Assembly (NCBI RefSeq): GCF_004010195.1
Contig: NC_057718.1
Coordinates: 92,088,039-92,144,551 of the forward strand
Reading direction: 5' to 3'
DNA from: Chiloscyllium plagiosum
Taxonomy: Eukaryota
Length of the DNA: 56,513 bases
The translations under genes were made by a program, and so were the position numbers. Positions 37,540 through 49,864 of the stretch are shown here, in pieces. Numbering within the stretch: position 1 is the first letter of the stretch; every line of letters starts with the position of its first letter. The notes below the pieces were generated by a model. That model was not told where the DNA came from. It saw only the letters and a program-made list of their open reading frames with translations, and searched no databases.

Positions 37540-38386
37540 CTGTGCACATGCACAGTTTGGAAGAATAAGTCAGAGGGGAACATGCACAGTCGGCATTTAT
37601 CACTGAATTGTCAGTGTCAGCAGCCTATCTGTATTTTAAAACTCTGACCCCAAGTTCTAGAACATTGGTTAAGAAGCTTCAGTATCTTTTTTTTAGGATA
37701 CTGATTTTTTAAGATTTTAAGATATTTTAAGATATTGCAAGTTCTTTCTAAGAACAGAATTCCTAAGTTTTTACATCATTGACAGGCTTCTCTGGTGGCC
37801 TCACTCCCCTGTCTTTTCCCTCCCAAATAATGATCCAATTCCCGTTTGAAAGCCACAATTAAATCTGCCCTCAGAATGTTGTGGGTGCTTCATTGCTGAG
37901 TGTGCATAAGTGTGGAGTGTTTTCATTTCGTAGAGAATCAATGGATGTGGGGAGCAGGCAGGATGGTGGATTTGAGGAAAAATATCAGCACAAATGCATT
38001 GAATAACAGAGCAGTCTTAGTTGGAATAAAGGTGAGGGTGTTGGGTGGGTTGAGTGGGAGTCAATTGGACGCATATGATTTGTTTCCACTTCTAGTTCTC
38101 TAATCATACTTTTATATTCCAGATTCTAAACACTCACTGTGTTAATACAAGATTGACCTTTACTATTTATCCTTAAGAGAGACCGAAGGGGCAACTTTTT
38201 TCTTGCAGAGGATGGTGTGTGTATGAAATGAGCTGCCAGAGGAAGTGGTGGAGGCTTGTACAATTATAACATTTAAAAGGCATCTGGATGGGTATGTGAA
38301 TGGAATAGAATAGGATATCCTTTATTGTCACGTGTACTCCAGTACAGAAGTACTGTAAAAACTTTTACAATGACTGCTTTTAACAG

Positions 38387-38543
38387 AGTTACAAATCACA
38401 CAACATCAGGTTATAGTCCAACAGGTGATGAAGGAGCGGCGCTCTAAAAGCTAGTGCTTCCAATTAAACCTGTTGGACTACAACCTGGTATTGTCTGATT
38501 TGTAGCTTTTACACCCCAGTCCAACACCGGCATCTCCAAATCA
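38387..38543 (+). mobile_element. Fold-back Penelope-derived mini-element (family B) with a 12-bp TSD and a decayed hammerhead core
   Basis: TSD tgcttttaacag at 38375-38386 and 38544-38555; inverted arms flank gTGATGA-aggagc-ggc-gctct-aAAA-gc-TA-gtg. Confidence 0.85.
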
Positions 38544-38896
38544 TGCTTTTAACAGCACCATCTTAGGTACAAGTGTCCAGATACAAATGTTGGATACAAA
38601 AGAGAATTAAAAGGAAAAGTAGGAGCATTGCTTACAGTGAGTAAAAATAAGTTTAAGATAAGGTAGATGTAACAGAGTTAAAGGATTTACATGACAGTCC
38701 GGTAAAGAGTTTCAAATAGCATCAGCTGAACACATGGTCGGAATGCCAGCACGAAGCCAGAGTCCAATAACTTTTCCGGTCCCCTCCATCCTCCAACCGG
38801 CTCCACACTGGCACTCAACTGCAGCAAGATATACCCACCCCGCTGGACTGGGATTCACCTCCTTCACGTTACACCAGGACTTGGGTCTCTCCCCAT

Positions 38897-40017
38897 CCTG
38901 CTCCTGTACCGGGATTACCCCTCACCCTGCTCCTGTACCCAGGATTCCCCCCTCACCCTGCTCCTGTACTCGGGATTCCCCCCCTCACCCCGCTCCTGTA
39001 CTCGGGATTCCCCCCCTCACCCCGCTCCTGTANNNNNNNNNNNNNNNNNNNNNNNNNNNNNNNNNNNNNNNNNNNNNNNNNNNNNNNNNNNNNNNNNNNN
39101 NNNNNNNNNNNNNNNNNNNNNNNNNNNNNNNNNNNNNNNNNNNNNNNNNNNNNNNNNNNNNNNNNNNNNNNNNNNNNNNNNNNNNNNNNNNNNNNNNNNN
39201 NNNNNNNNNNNNNNNNNNNNNNNNNNNNNNNNNNNNNNNNNNNNNNNNNNNNNNNNNNNNNNNNNNNNNNNNNNNNNNNNNNNNNNNNNNNNNNNNNNNN
39301 NNNNNNNNNNNNNNNNNNNNNNNNNNNNNNNNNNNNNNNNNNNNNNNNNNNNNNNNNNNNNNNNNNNNNNNNNNNNNNNNNNNNNNNNNNNNNNNNNNNN
39401 NNNNNNNNNNNNNNNNNNNNNNNNNNNNNNNNNNNNNNNNNNNNNNNNNNNNNNNNNNNNNNNNNNNNNNNNNNNNNNNNNNNNNNNNNNNNNNNNNNNN
39501 NNNNNNNNNNNNNNNNNNNNNNNNNNNNNNNNNNNNNNNNNNNNNNNNNNNNNNNNNNNNNNNNNNNNNNNNNNNNNNNNNNNNNNNNNNNNNNNNNNNN
39601 NNNNNNNNNNNNNNNNNNNNNNNNNNNNNNNNNNNNNNNNNNNNNNNNNNNNNNNNNNNNNNNNNNNNNNNNNNNNNNNNNNNNNNNNNNNNNNNNNNNN
39701 NNNNNNNNNNNNNNNNNNNNNNNNNNNNNNNNNNNNNNNNNNNNNNNNNNNNNNNNNNNNNNNNNNNNNNNNNNNNNNNNNNNNNNNNNNNNNNNNNNNN
39801 NNNNNNNNNNNNNNNNNNNNNNNNNNNNNNNNNNNNNNNNNNNNNNNNNNNNNNNNNNNNNNNNNNNNNNNNNNNNNNNNNNNNNNNNNNNNNNNNNNNN
39901 NNNNNNNNNNNNNNNNNNNNNNNNNNNNNNNNNNNNNNNNNNNNNNNNNCCCCTCTCCCCTCCCCTGTGCCCGGGATTCCCCCTTTCTCCACTCCTGTAC
40001 CCGGGATTCCCCCTGAC
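38897..40017. repeat. 29-32-bp C-rich minisatellite (cc[t/c]gctcctgtac[t/c]cgggattcc(c)ntcac) flanking an assembly gap
   Basis: At least four units before the gap and two after it. Confidence 0.9.
39033..39949. other. Assembly gap (917 N)
   Basis: Run of N. Confidence 1.
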
Positions 40018-41129
40018 TGCTGAAAGAGGGGAAAAGAACAGGCAGAGCAGAGGGGCTGTGGTTGGACCTTCCTACTCTGCTGCCATCTTGGCAGAAAATA
40101 ACGGAAGGGTTTAGAGTTGTATGGACCAAATGCTGGCAAATGGGGCTAGATTAATTTCGGATATCTGGTCGGCATGGATGACTGGACCGAAGGATTTGTT
40201 TCTGTGCTGTAACTCTCTGATTCTATGTTTTTGTACCCTCCATCTCCAAAGACAGAACATTTTTAAGCTCTATTTCTCCTTTTTCAGTAGTTGAAAGGAA
40301 GACACATTTTCCATTTATCTTCCTATTTTTCCTATATTCCTCAGCCGTATTTCATGAGGTTAACAATGAAATCCACCTGTGCTGCTCTCTTCCCTTATAC
40401 GTCAGGTGCATAGCAACAGCACTGCAATCTGCAATTCTTCTGCAATCTCAGACATTTCCCTGTGACAGAGCACGATACAAATGTAAATCGCATCATTATT
40501 CCAATATAAGAGTTCAAGATCGTTTCATATCTTGGGGTCAGTTGATTGATCTGACAGGGCTCAGTCAGTTCATGAAATTATCATCTGGTAATCATTTTGC
40601 GGTGCCTTTTATTTTCTGTCAACACATTCAATTAAATTGTGAAGTGAACTTGCCAGGCAGAAATATTCATCAACAGTTTCAGATGAATGCAATGCTGAAT
40701 ACTTCACTTTTTCTAAGTATGGTACAATTAAGCCCTTTATAGTCTCTCAACAACTGGATATTTAATTATTCTGTATAACATTATAAAATAATTGCTGCCA
40801 TTCCAAGCCCTTCCTGTCCAACAATGAGAAAATGTCTTTTTTTAGAATTCTCCCTTGCCTACCAGTTGTTTCCTTCCTCTTATGAAGGCATTGATTCATG
40901 CTGGGATGTGGCTCCCTTGTGCCAGTCTCACACTAGCCCTAATCCCAATTCCTTGTATTCACTTAGCCAGCACTCATCAGTTCTTTCATCATAAATGAGG
41001 AACACAACTGAGCTTGATCCTGTCCTTAGCCAGAGTCTACAGCATGCTGTAAATTGCCTGGAATTAAACTCCAGCTAATTTTGCATTTCTCCTGCTTGGT
41101 CCTAGGTTGATACAATCAATTTACAATCT

Positions 41130-41360
41130 GGATGGCACGGCTTAGTGGTTAGCAATGCTGCCTCACAGTGCCAGGGACTTGGGTTCTATCCCAGCCTTGG
41201 GTGACTGTGTGGGGTTTGTGTGTTCTCCCTGTGTCTGTGTGGATTTGCTTTGGATTCCACCCCCTAGAACAAAGAAGTGCAGGTTAGGTGGATTAGCTGT
41301 TAAGTTGCCCATAGTCTGCAGGTTAGGTAGAGTAGCCATGGTAGATGCAGGGTTGGGTGG
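41130..41360 (+). mobile_element. Decayed HE1-like SINE
   Basis: ggcacggcttagtggttagcaatgctgcctcacagtgccaggg...gtgcaggttaggtggatt. Confidence 0.85.
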
Positions 41361-42520
41361 GGTTATAAACAAAGATCGTAAAATTAAGATTCTTCTTGTT
41401 TGGGAGCCAGGCAAGATCATCAAGTGATAGGTGAAAGGGTGTGAGTTAGGACTTGTCAACAGAGTTTTGGATGGCTTCCAATTTATGGAGGGTAAAATGT
41501 GGGAGACTGACCAAGGGTGCACTGGAGTAGTCAGGTTTAGGGAATGATGAAGGTCTTGGGAAGCAGATGAGCTGAGGGTGGGCTGATGGTCAGACAGTGG
41601 GCTCAATCTTGCTCTCCTGTGAAGCAGCACAAAAGAAAAGGAAGCTCATTCAGTGGGTTAACGTTGAGGATTTACCCTGCACCTTCCCACCACAAGAATT
41701 CAGTTCTGCACGGAAAAGGGCCCAAGCTTGACTTTTCTGCTTCACTGCCAATTGAGGCCCGTAGGCAGCCAATTAACACCCACTTAATGGCCTTATCCTG
41801 CCCAGGCTGCAAATACTTCATGTCCAAGCAGAATGAGAAAGAGTTGGACCACCCAATTGGTAAACTGGTGTGGACAAGATGTCAGACAAAGCTCCTTTCC
41901 CCTGTACCAACTTTTGACCTTATAATGGCGATTTGCTGTTGTTTCTCTTCGTGATTGCTAGCTTTGTAACTTGCACTCTTTCTATGAATCTTCTTCTGAT
42001 CATTGTCTTAAGATGGTTTCCAGATCTCCCACCATCAGCTTTAGGGGATGGAAAAAGCTATCCATCATCACTTTCCTTTCAGCTTCTGCTGCTTCTCATA
42101 ATAATTTGTCATGATGCCTGAGGACCGATGACTTGTGGTTGGCGTAAAGTGTTGCCACTAATTCTCCTTCAATGTTACTCCAAGGGATGTTGAGGTGGAG
42201 GGTGGATCACAAGTAAATCTGTGCAGAAGGGCCACTTGTTGTGGGTAACAAGATGTAATTTGTTACATCTCAGTGACTATTGCAAAGTTCACCTTCATTT
42301 TTTCTGGACTGTGGATTAACGAATGAGAAAACTGCTTTAATCCAAGGAAACTATGAAAGAAGATGTTACAGTCTTCAGAATGAGTAACTGGAATTCAAGG
42401 TGAGTTGAATCTACAATGTTGCCTTATTCAAGCCGTGGAGGGAATCTGGGCAAGTGTCTCCAGTTTATATGTTGTCATTAGAAGAGGAACATCCAGTCTG
42501 CAAAGGAGAAAGCATCTGAA

Positions 42521-42548
42521 TCTCTCTCTCTCTCTCTCTCTCTCTCTC
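42521..42548. repeat. (TC)14 microsatellite
   Basis: Directly visible. Confidence 0.95.
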
Positions 42549-43724
42549 CCGCCTGTATAGAGAGGCAACAGAAAATCTCCTTTTTTAACTCACAATTTCC
42601 CTATGAACTGCTCTCTGTAAATCCCTAATTGAAAGGTAAGAAGACAGGGAAAACAAGAATCGCCTTCAGTGACAACGAAAGGGTGAATCCTCAACCAGTG
42701 AATGGCAGATGAACATCGTGACCTCGCTAAGGGTTTAAAAGGAGCTGAGAGAAAACAACTCATCAACATTTGTGATCTAACCAGCTGCCAGAACTGTGCA
42801 CCTCCAACTTTTTTTTCCTTTCTCTACCCGTAAAGTGTGTGTTTTTTCTCTTTGTGCGTGCATTTGTATGCCTATGTGAACTTTAGGAAGGGGTAGAGTT
42901 TAAGTTTTAAGCAATTCACATTTCCTTCTTTCTATTGTTCAAACTGCTGTATTACAATACGTTTTCTTGTTAAAGAAAAACTGGATGTGCGTATTACTTT
43001 AACCTGAATTAAGCCGTTAGATAACACTGGACAAATTGGTGCTTTAATCAAACTTTTACAGTTGTGATGATGCCAGGAATAGAGGTTTCCAGTGCTCTAC
43101 CTCAGTGAGTTGCCACACTATAGGCAGGTTACATTAACTCTTGGGCATATTGATTTTTACTAATTAGAGGTAGAGAAAAACACACATGCCTCCATCAGGA
43201 GGCCATCCCAGATTAAATCAGCCACCCTATTCCAAATATAGCTGCCTGATAGCAATTACCAAAAGCCCCAGTGCACTAGCCACCACCATGGTTGCATATC
43301 AGAATGAGCAGAGCTTCATTTTAACTCAGATTAACCCTTTCACATCTATTACGTTCTACAAGTCTTCTCAGTAGGGAATTGCCTAACACAGTGGTCCTGA
43401 GGCTGGAGTTCAGAGACCCCTGGTGGTCTATGGAAACATTGTGTGTGAAAAAATATGGCGAACAGGTTTCTTGAGCGAGGCCTGCTATTGGTTGGTGTTC
43501 ACGCAGGGTGCGGCAAATCGCATCTTGAAGAAGAGGTGCTTTCCATCGTTTACAATCGCCTTCCACAGCTCTCCAGCAAATGGAGCTTTATTAAAGTTAA
43601 GTCACTGTTGTAATGTCACCAATTTCTGTAAGCACTTCTACAAACTCAAGATGCTTCACAATCTGACGAGCACATTTTAAATATGGGACTGGATTTCATT
43701 GGGTTGCCAGTCACCCATTAGAGA

Positions 43725-44297
43725 CCCTGAACTCAGTCCCCTGTTCCCACTTCCTCCCCATACACTTTGATCCCTTTAGCCCTAAGAACTATATCTAACT
43801 TGGCCTGAAAAACAGTCAATGTTTTGGCCTCAACTGCAGGCTGTGGCAGAGGATCCCACAGGCTCACCTCTGTCTGGGTGAAGAAATTTCTCCTCATCTC
43901 AGTCTCAGATGGTTTACCTCATGTCATTGGACTTTGTTCTCTGGCTTTGGACTCCCCAGTCATTGGGAACGTCCTTCCTACATTTACCCTATCTGGACCT
44001 GTTAGAATTTTATAGGCTTCTATGAGAATACCATTCCGCACATTCTTCCAAACTCCCGTGAATACTGTGTAGAGCCAAACAATCTGGTGTCACTTCATAT
44101 GTCAGTCCCACCACCCCAGGAATCAGTCCAAAGTCAGAACATCCTTCTACAGATAAGGAGACCAAAACAGCATGCAATACTCCGGTGTGGTCTCACCAAG
44201 GCCCTGTACGTTTGCAGCAAGGCATCCCTACTCTTGTACTCAAATCCTCTCACTATGAAGGTCAACATACCATTAGCCCTTTTCATTACCTGCTGCA
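43725..44297 (-). mobile_element. CR1 ORF2 C-terminal fragment
   Basis: LQQVMKRANGMLTFIVRGFEYKSRDALLQTYRALVRPH. Confidence 0.88.
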
Positions 44298-44599
44298 GCT
44301 GACTGTTTACAACAAAGCAATCCTTGTGCCTTTGGAGTTGCTGCGTCCCAGACAGGTGTGTGAGACACTTCTGAGGGTACTGGAGGAAGTGAGGTCTGAG
44401 CATCTTCCAGCTGCACAGAACTGCTTTTTTGCAGGAAGTGGGAGAGGTGAGTGCTCAGACCTCCTGTGCAGGTGAGCACAATAGTCACCTGCAAATCTCC
44501 CAGTCACTGTTGAGAGGATGAAGTTCTGAATTGTTGCTTCCAAGCCACCTCATGCTGCAACCCTCAAGCCACCTGTTATTGCAATGTATGTAGGTTTCT

Positions 44600-45015
44600 G
44601 AAAGAAACAAAATACTGCAGAAGTTGGAGATCTGAAATAAAAGCAGAAAGTGCTGAAGTAACTCAACTGGTCTGCTAGCATTAGATTAGATTAGATTCCC
44701 TACAGTATGGAAACAGGCCCTTTGGCCCAACCAGTCCACACCAACCCTCTGAAGAGTAACCCTTCCAGACCTATTTTCCTCTGACTAATGCACCTAACAC
44801 TATTGGCAATTTACCATGGCCAGTTCACCTGACCTGCACACCTTAGGACTGTGGGAGGAAACCGGAGCACGCAGACACAGGGAGAATGTGCAAATTCCAC
44901 ACAGTCAGTTGCCCAAGGCTGGAATCAAACCTGGGGCCCTGGTGCTAACCACTGAGCCACCATGCTGGGAGAAACAGAGTTAACAATTCATTTCCAATAT
45001 GACTGTTCCTCAGAC
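44600..45015 (-). mobile_element. Penelope-like terminal fragment (family C) split by an HE1-like SINE (44682-44966, minus strand, (ttaga)n tail)
   Basis: aaatactgcagaagttggagatctgaaataaaagcagaaagtgctg...gcat | SINE | gagaaacagagttaac...gactgttcctcag (a decayed core). Confidence 0.75.
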
Positions 45016-46185
45016 ATTCAGTTTTGATTATATGCACTTACAGTTAAGTTCTTAGAATGTGATGGGAGTAAATGTAAAAGCTGTCATTCATATTCAGCAG
45101 GAGCAAGCTTCTCTTTAAATGTAATGTAGTCGGGAATAGGTAAGGTAAAGTTGCCATAGTCTTCCCAGACCATGGGCTATTCTTTTGTTAGAGGGAGGTG
45201 ACTAGTGGTGATTTTACCTAAGGGTCAGCACACCTCAGAGAATTGTCTTCCTCAGGGAATAACCATGTCAGCACACAGTTGTTTATAAATCATTAACAAA
45301 TAATTTCTGTTAAGTCACATTTTTAAAGTGTTTAACTTTCTGTACATGGTTTTAAATCTGCTAATGAAATTTGAGTTTAAAACAATATAAAGACTTAATC
45401 TGTTTAGCATCAAGTTCGGACACGTTCCTTAGGAATAAATGGTTTGGTCATTTCATGTCACAGTGTAAGTGCCAGCAAACCCTAACAATGCCCACCAGGT
45501 GTCACTCTCCCATTTTCTGAACATCTAATGGAGTAAATGCTGTTTACCTGCATTTGGGCAATGAGAATGAATTGATTGTTTGCTCAGTTGATATTCAAAC
45601 AGAGAGTCAATTCATGAGTGCTGAAGATAGAAGAAATTGAATTGATAGAACTATGGAATGGCCATTCGGCTCTTCATGTGTAAACTGACTCTCTGCAAGA
45701 GCAGCAAGCCCTTCCTTTCCCCATAAGTAGCAGATTTGCATGAAGTTATGAAATGTAAAAATGTTACTGTGATATGTGTGAAGTGGTCTCAGTACGTCCT
45801 GCTTTTTTGACCTAAATTTGTACATAGGGGAGGCATGTGATTATCTTGCTCCTGTTTCACTGCCACGTAATAGGCACCTCGGGGGTAAAGCTCATTCTGT
45901 GTCAGAAGTGTGCTGGCCTCCATATTGGAATGGGTTCCTCCATAACAATATGTGTTGGAAGAAGCTAAGAGGCTTATGATCAGATATTTAAATATCAACA
46001 TTAGTTGTTTGGACCCTTGTGTGAAATTGAGCTGCCCCAACAACTGACTCACCATGTAATCAACCCTCCCAGCGATGTAGGCCACTCAAAAGAAAGTCCT
46101 CCATCTCAATCCCCACATCAAAAAAGCTACTGTGTTTACCTAAAAAGTTAAAATGTTTACCACGTCCATGAAGTCAGTTGTGGAA

Positions 46186-46372
46186 AAAGTGAGGACTGCA
46201 GATGCTGGAGTACCAGAGTTGAAAAATGTGGTGCTGGAAAAGCACAGCAGGCCAGGCAGCATCCGAGGAGCAGGAGAATCGACATTTCGGGCATAAGTCC
46301 TTCTTCAGGATTCTCCTGTTCCTCGGATGCTGCCTGGCCTGCTGTGTTTTTCCAGCACCACATTTTTCAACT
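46186..46372 (-). mobile_element. Fold-back Penelope-derived mini-element (family A)
   Basis: 64-bp inverted arms at 46217-46280 and 46309-46372 (62/64 complementary) around a 28-nt hammerhead core. Confidence 0.9.
46273..46316 (-). ncRNA. Minimal type I hammerhead ribozyme motif
   Basis: Minus strand: ggagaatc-CTGAAGA-aggac-ttat-gccc-GAAA-tg-TC-gattctcc; one stem II mismatch and a CG>TG change in the stem III palindrome. Confidence 0.7.
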
Positions 46373-46394
46373 GTTGGATTATTGTATTAAGCCT

Positions 46395-46497
46395 AGTTCT
46401 GAGGAAGGGTCACTTGACCTGAAATGTTAACTCTCATTTCTCGTCACTGATGCTGCCAAACCTGCTGAGCCTTTCCAGCAATTTCTGCTTTTTGTTG
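46395..46497 (+). mobile_element. Penelope-like terminal fragment (family C) with a hammerhead motif at 46395-46432
   Basis: agtt-CTGAGGA-agggtc-actt-gacct-GAAA-tg-TT-aact, followed by gatgctgccaaacctgctgagc.tttccagcaatttctg. Confidence 0.75.
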
Positions 46498-48524
46498 CCT
46501 CTAGACCTATGTTTGGCCATTTTCTGCAATCAGCAACTGAATCCTGGTTACTGCAAACTGCTTTGTGCTGACTCAGGCTGCTTCGTCTGTTTTCAAGCTG
46601 CTGTTTCACAGAGATGAATGGTCTGGAATGGATTGGCCTCTCGGGCTGGAGGATGAAGGGGGCAACATTGAAGAAGACAGGGGAAGGAGGAGGAGGTGGG
46701 CACAGTGCAGGAGGCCATGCTCTCACCTGGTCTCCTAACACTGTAACTGAGGAGCAAGGTGTAAGTCCTCTGCATTTCAACAATGAGGCTCTCCCTGGTG
46801 CACAACTGGTGTGCGATTGGTCTGGGTGTCTGCTTGTGACAAATGTTATGCACAAAAGGGTTGGCAGCAACAGATCTGGATTGAAATATTACAACCAAAA
46901 TTCTTCCTTTTTGTTCCCCTATTTTTCACTTGTGAAATGGACAGAATGAGGACATGTTTTTGCGTAGAATTCTGTATTAAATATATGTCATTTAGATGTT
47001 TTAACTTTGATATTTCTCTTTCAATACCTTGGTCAGTAAATTTAATATTTAATAACATTTTCTTTTGCTTAATAATATATTTTCAAAATTTGCAGTGGTA
47101 TAAAACACTTATTAGGCTTGTTTCTTACATGGTATTGTCATCCTGTGCTGGAAGAGTCTTTGTAGACATGTGGAAAGCATCAGCAATGAAATAAAATCTA
47201 TTCTGAGTGATTTCTATTGTTGATTGCACACAGTTTGTAAAATTCTTGTCAATTGCTATGTCTGAGAAGGAACTTTTGAGGGGGGTGCTTTGAGTCTATA
47301 ATGTGATTTCACAGTGAGGAATAATGTCTGATGACTTTTGAAATTCTGAGTATTATTGCAACCTGGCTATAGAGAACTTCAATTTGAAAACAACAGTCTT
47401 CACCATTTTCTCCTGGCCTTGGAGTGAGGTTGCAAAAATCAATACCAAGTCAATGTTATTGAAGGCAGGGGTATGGAAAAGGTTTGAATAGAAATCCTGA
47501 GCTTAAATCTCTCTCACTTCTTGGAGATGAGTAGTTTTGAATGTCTGAGGTCACCTCCAGTTTCATTATAGATTCTTCAACTTTGTAAACATTATTGCTT
47601 AAATTTCAAGTGCTTCATGTTAATAGCTACAGTTCAGATTTAATAAATTGAAATCACTGATATCATTTACAATCTCAACACTGGGAGAAATGCTGAAGTC
47701 TTGAAATGGCATATTTGCAAACCTGCTGTATATTTTTTAAAGCCTCCTGCATTCAATCCATTTCATCAACTAGTCTTGAAACCAGAATTTCTGCTTTTTG
47801 TTCTGTAGCAAACAGTTAGTAGTGCATCAGAGTGGCAGGTGTACATTCTCGCTCATTATTTCTTTGCCCTTTGGAGTGTGTGACCTCTGCGGGGTCATGT
47901 TGGATAGTTACTATGTGAAGAGGCGTCTTTCCCCATCCCCCACCCTCAGTAGAAGCAAGGATAAAATCATAAGCGTTGTCATTTTCTACTAATGTCACAT
48001 ACTTTCTGATGGTCCGTTCAGATGTGTCCGAGGGTTGGGGTCTCACACGATAACAGGGAATTATTTATTTTATATGTCTTGTTCCTCAAAGAATAACGAG
48101 TTTGGACTTTATACAAGGGAAGAAACAAGTGATCAGTCCCCATTAGATGTCCCAATTATTCATTTTTTTTCTCATGTTTAATTCAGCATTCATCAGTCAT
48201 CTCTCCATTTCAAGTTCATCTGCGCCCCCACCCCACATTTGCCAGACAGGATTTTATTAAATCCTGTGTATTAAATCCAATCCGGAAAATCTTTGAGACT
48301 TGGCCTCAAGGTCTGTGGCATTGTGAACAGTTGGCATGGGGCCTGGAGCCCTTTGAGGTGAGGACGTTGCTGCAATTTGAGAGGGGGATTTTGAGCTGAA
48401 TCAAACAGACCTCCAGATGTGTAGCCTGGCTCAGGATAAAGCAATGTTAGTTAGAACTGACAGCCTCATAGATTCTTTCACATCCTCAATGCATCTTGAA
48501 ACCTTTCACAGCTAATGAAGAGAG

Positions 48525-48707
48525 ACATTAAAGAGAGACAACTGGTGGTGAGTTTAACCTGAGGGTCACCACGCCTCAGGTAAGCAGCAAGTTTGAGAAT
48601 ATAGAGCCTTTGTGGTAACCTCAGCTGGTATGGGGATTGAACCAATGCTCTTGGCATCACTCTGCAGAACAAACCAGCCATCCAAACCCACTGAGCTAAC
48701 TGACCCC
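48525..48707 (-). mobile_element. tRNA-derived SINE (fourth family)
   Basis: Minus-strand head ggggtcagttagctcagtggg (A box) ... ggttcaatccc (B box); internal cctgagg/cctcagg hairpin; related 3' piece at ~45140-45240. Confidence 0.7.
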
Positions 48708-49864
48708 TTTCTAAGTCTTTGTTGCATTGTTGTAACTTTTGAAAATGTCACAGAATGCACCAGAAGAACTCATCTGTGGTTCAAATACCACATCCTCTTA
48801 AACATACAAGAACTTGATTCAATATTTCTTCTGAAAAATGGTACCTTTGCCATTACAGCATTCAGTCTGTAATTAGATTCTCAAAACCATACCGATTAGA
48901 GTTGGGCTTTCTGGAAAAGGTTGAATGAATTTACATTTCTTCGTACACTTAACATGGGAGAAGCCAGGTTGGAGGAGAAAATTAGAGGGAAAATCTTTAT
49001 TTTTGTTTCCCTGTGCTTATTGGAAGCACATTGGACGTAAACAATTTTACACTTCCAGTTTCGGTTCTTGTTTCAGATTTGCAGCACACAGTTCTTTGCT
49101 TTTATTTCAGCATTTTTAACATTTGCCCCTGAAAGCTCAGAGTGAGTGAGTTGACTCTGACAGAGCCTGTATTGTGGACTGTTCCCTTGAAATTTCAAGG
49201 ATCAATATTTTCAGATACGAGACTAACACTGCAGCTTCGTTTCTTTTTGGAAGTCCCGATCAGTTGAAGTTCTGACAATGACTGAATGAATATGTAGTGC
49301 GTGCTACTGATTACATTTACTTATCTCTTATCTTCTATGTGCTCCATTGTTCAATGTCTTTCTGTTGATGGATGACGAGACTTGGGAGGGGAGACTAAGG
49401 GACTGCTTGATAGTTAACAAGAACTCACTGTCACTAAGAAGTGAGCAGTTAGAAAGACAAATTACTCTTCTTTTAAATAGAAAATGTATTAACTGTCCTA
49501 TCATTTCATTCGGGCATCACATGTTGATAAAGCTTCATCTCATGTTTACGTCAGATAATGAATGCTTGCATGTAACTTTTGAGATTTACAGATTACTGAA
49601 ACTGGGTTCATGTAATCTTTAATGCAAGGTGATAAAGCAGGTGTAGGGCTAAATGCGTCTGATCAAGATTTCTGACCAAGATGCTACATACAATATCACT
49701 CGGTTTATTGACTACTGCTCCAAAGGTCCTACTCCAAGAAAAACAGAGATTGCAAAATGACTGCATGCCCTTCATGCATTTTAAAAAAAAATACCCTTTG
49801 CAGTGACTTGCAGTTCTTGACAGAAGGCACATTCTCGTGTTGCTTCTGATTCCCAGTTACAGAG

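Larger units (their letters stand above)
38302..40102 (-). mobile_element. Non-autonomous retroposon with a Rex1-like tail, containing a nested mini-element and a minisatellite
   Basis: The minus strand ends gtgacaataaa...(ctatt)n; related to 54020-54560; no coding capacity is visible. Confidence 0.55.
38170..40228 (+). mobile_element. CR1/HER1 3' end split into 38170-38301 and 40103-40228 by a 1.8-kb insert
   Basis: ...catctggatgggtatgtgaat joins ggaagggtttagag...gattctatg, which is contiguous in the other CR1 copies of this window. Confidence 0.8.

Noticed and set aside
38734..40139. Three long ORFs of 370-429 aa in the ORF track
   Set aside because: They are artefacts of translating through the 917-N gap and the minisatellite.
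42254..43117. Possible solo LTR (tgt...gccaca with an internal (TC)n)
   Set aside because: The composition is LTR-like, but I found no matching TSD or second copy, so the boundaries are unsupported.
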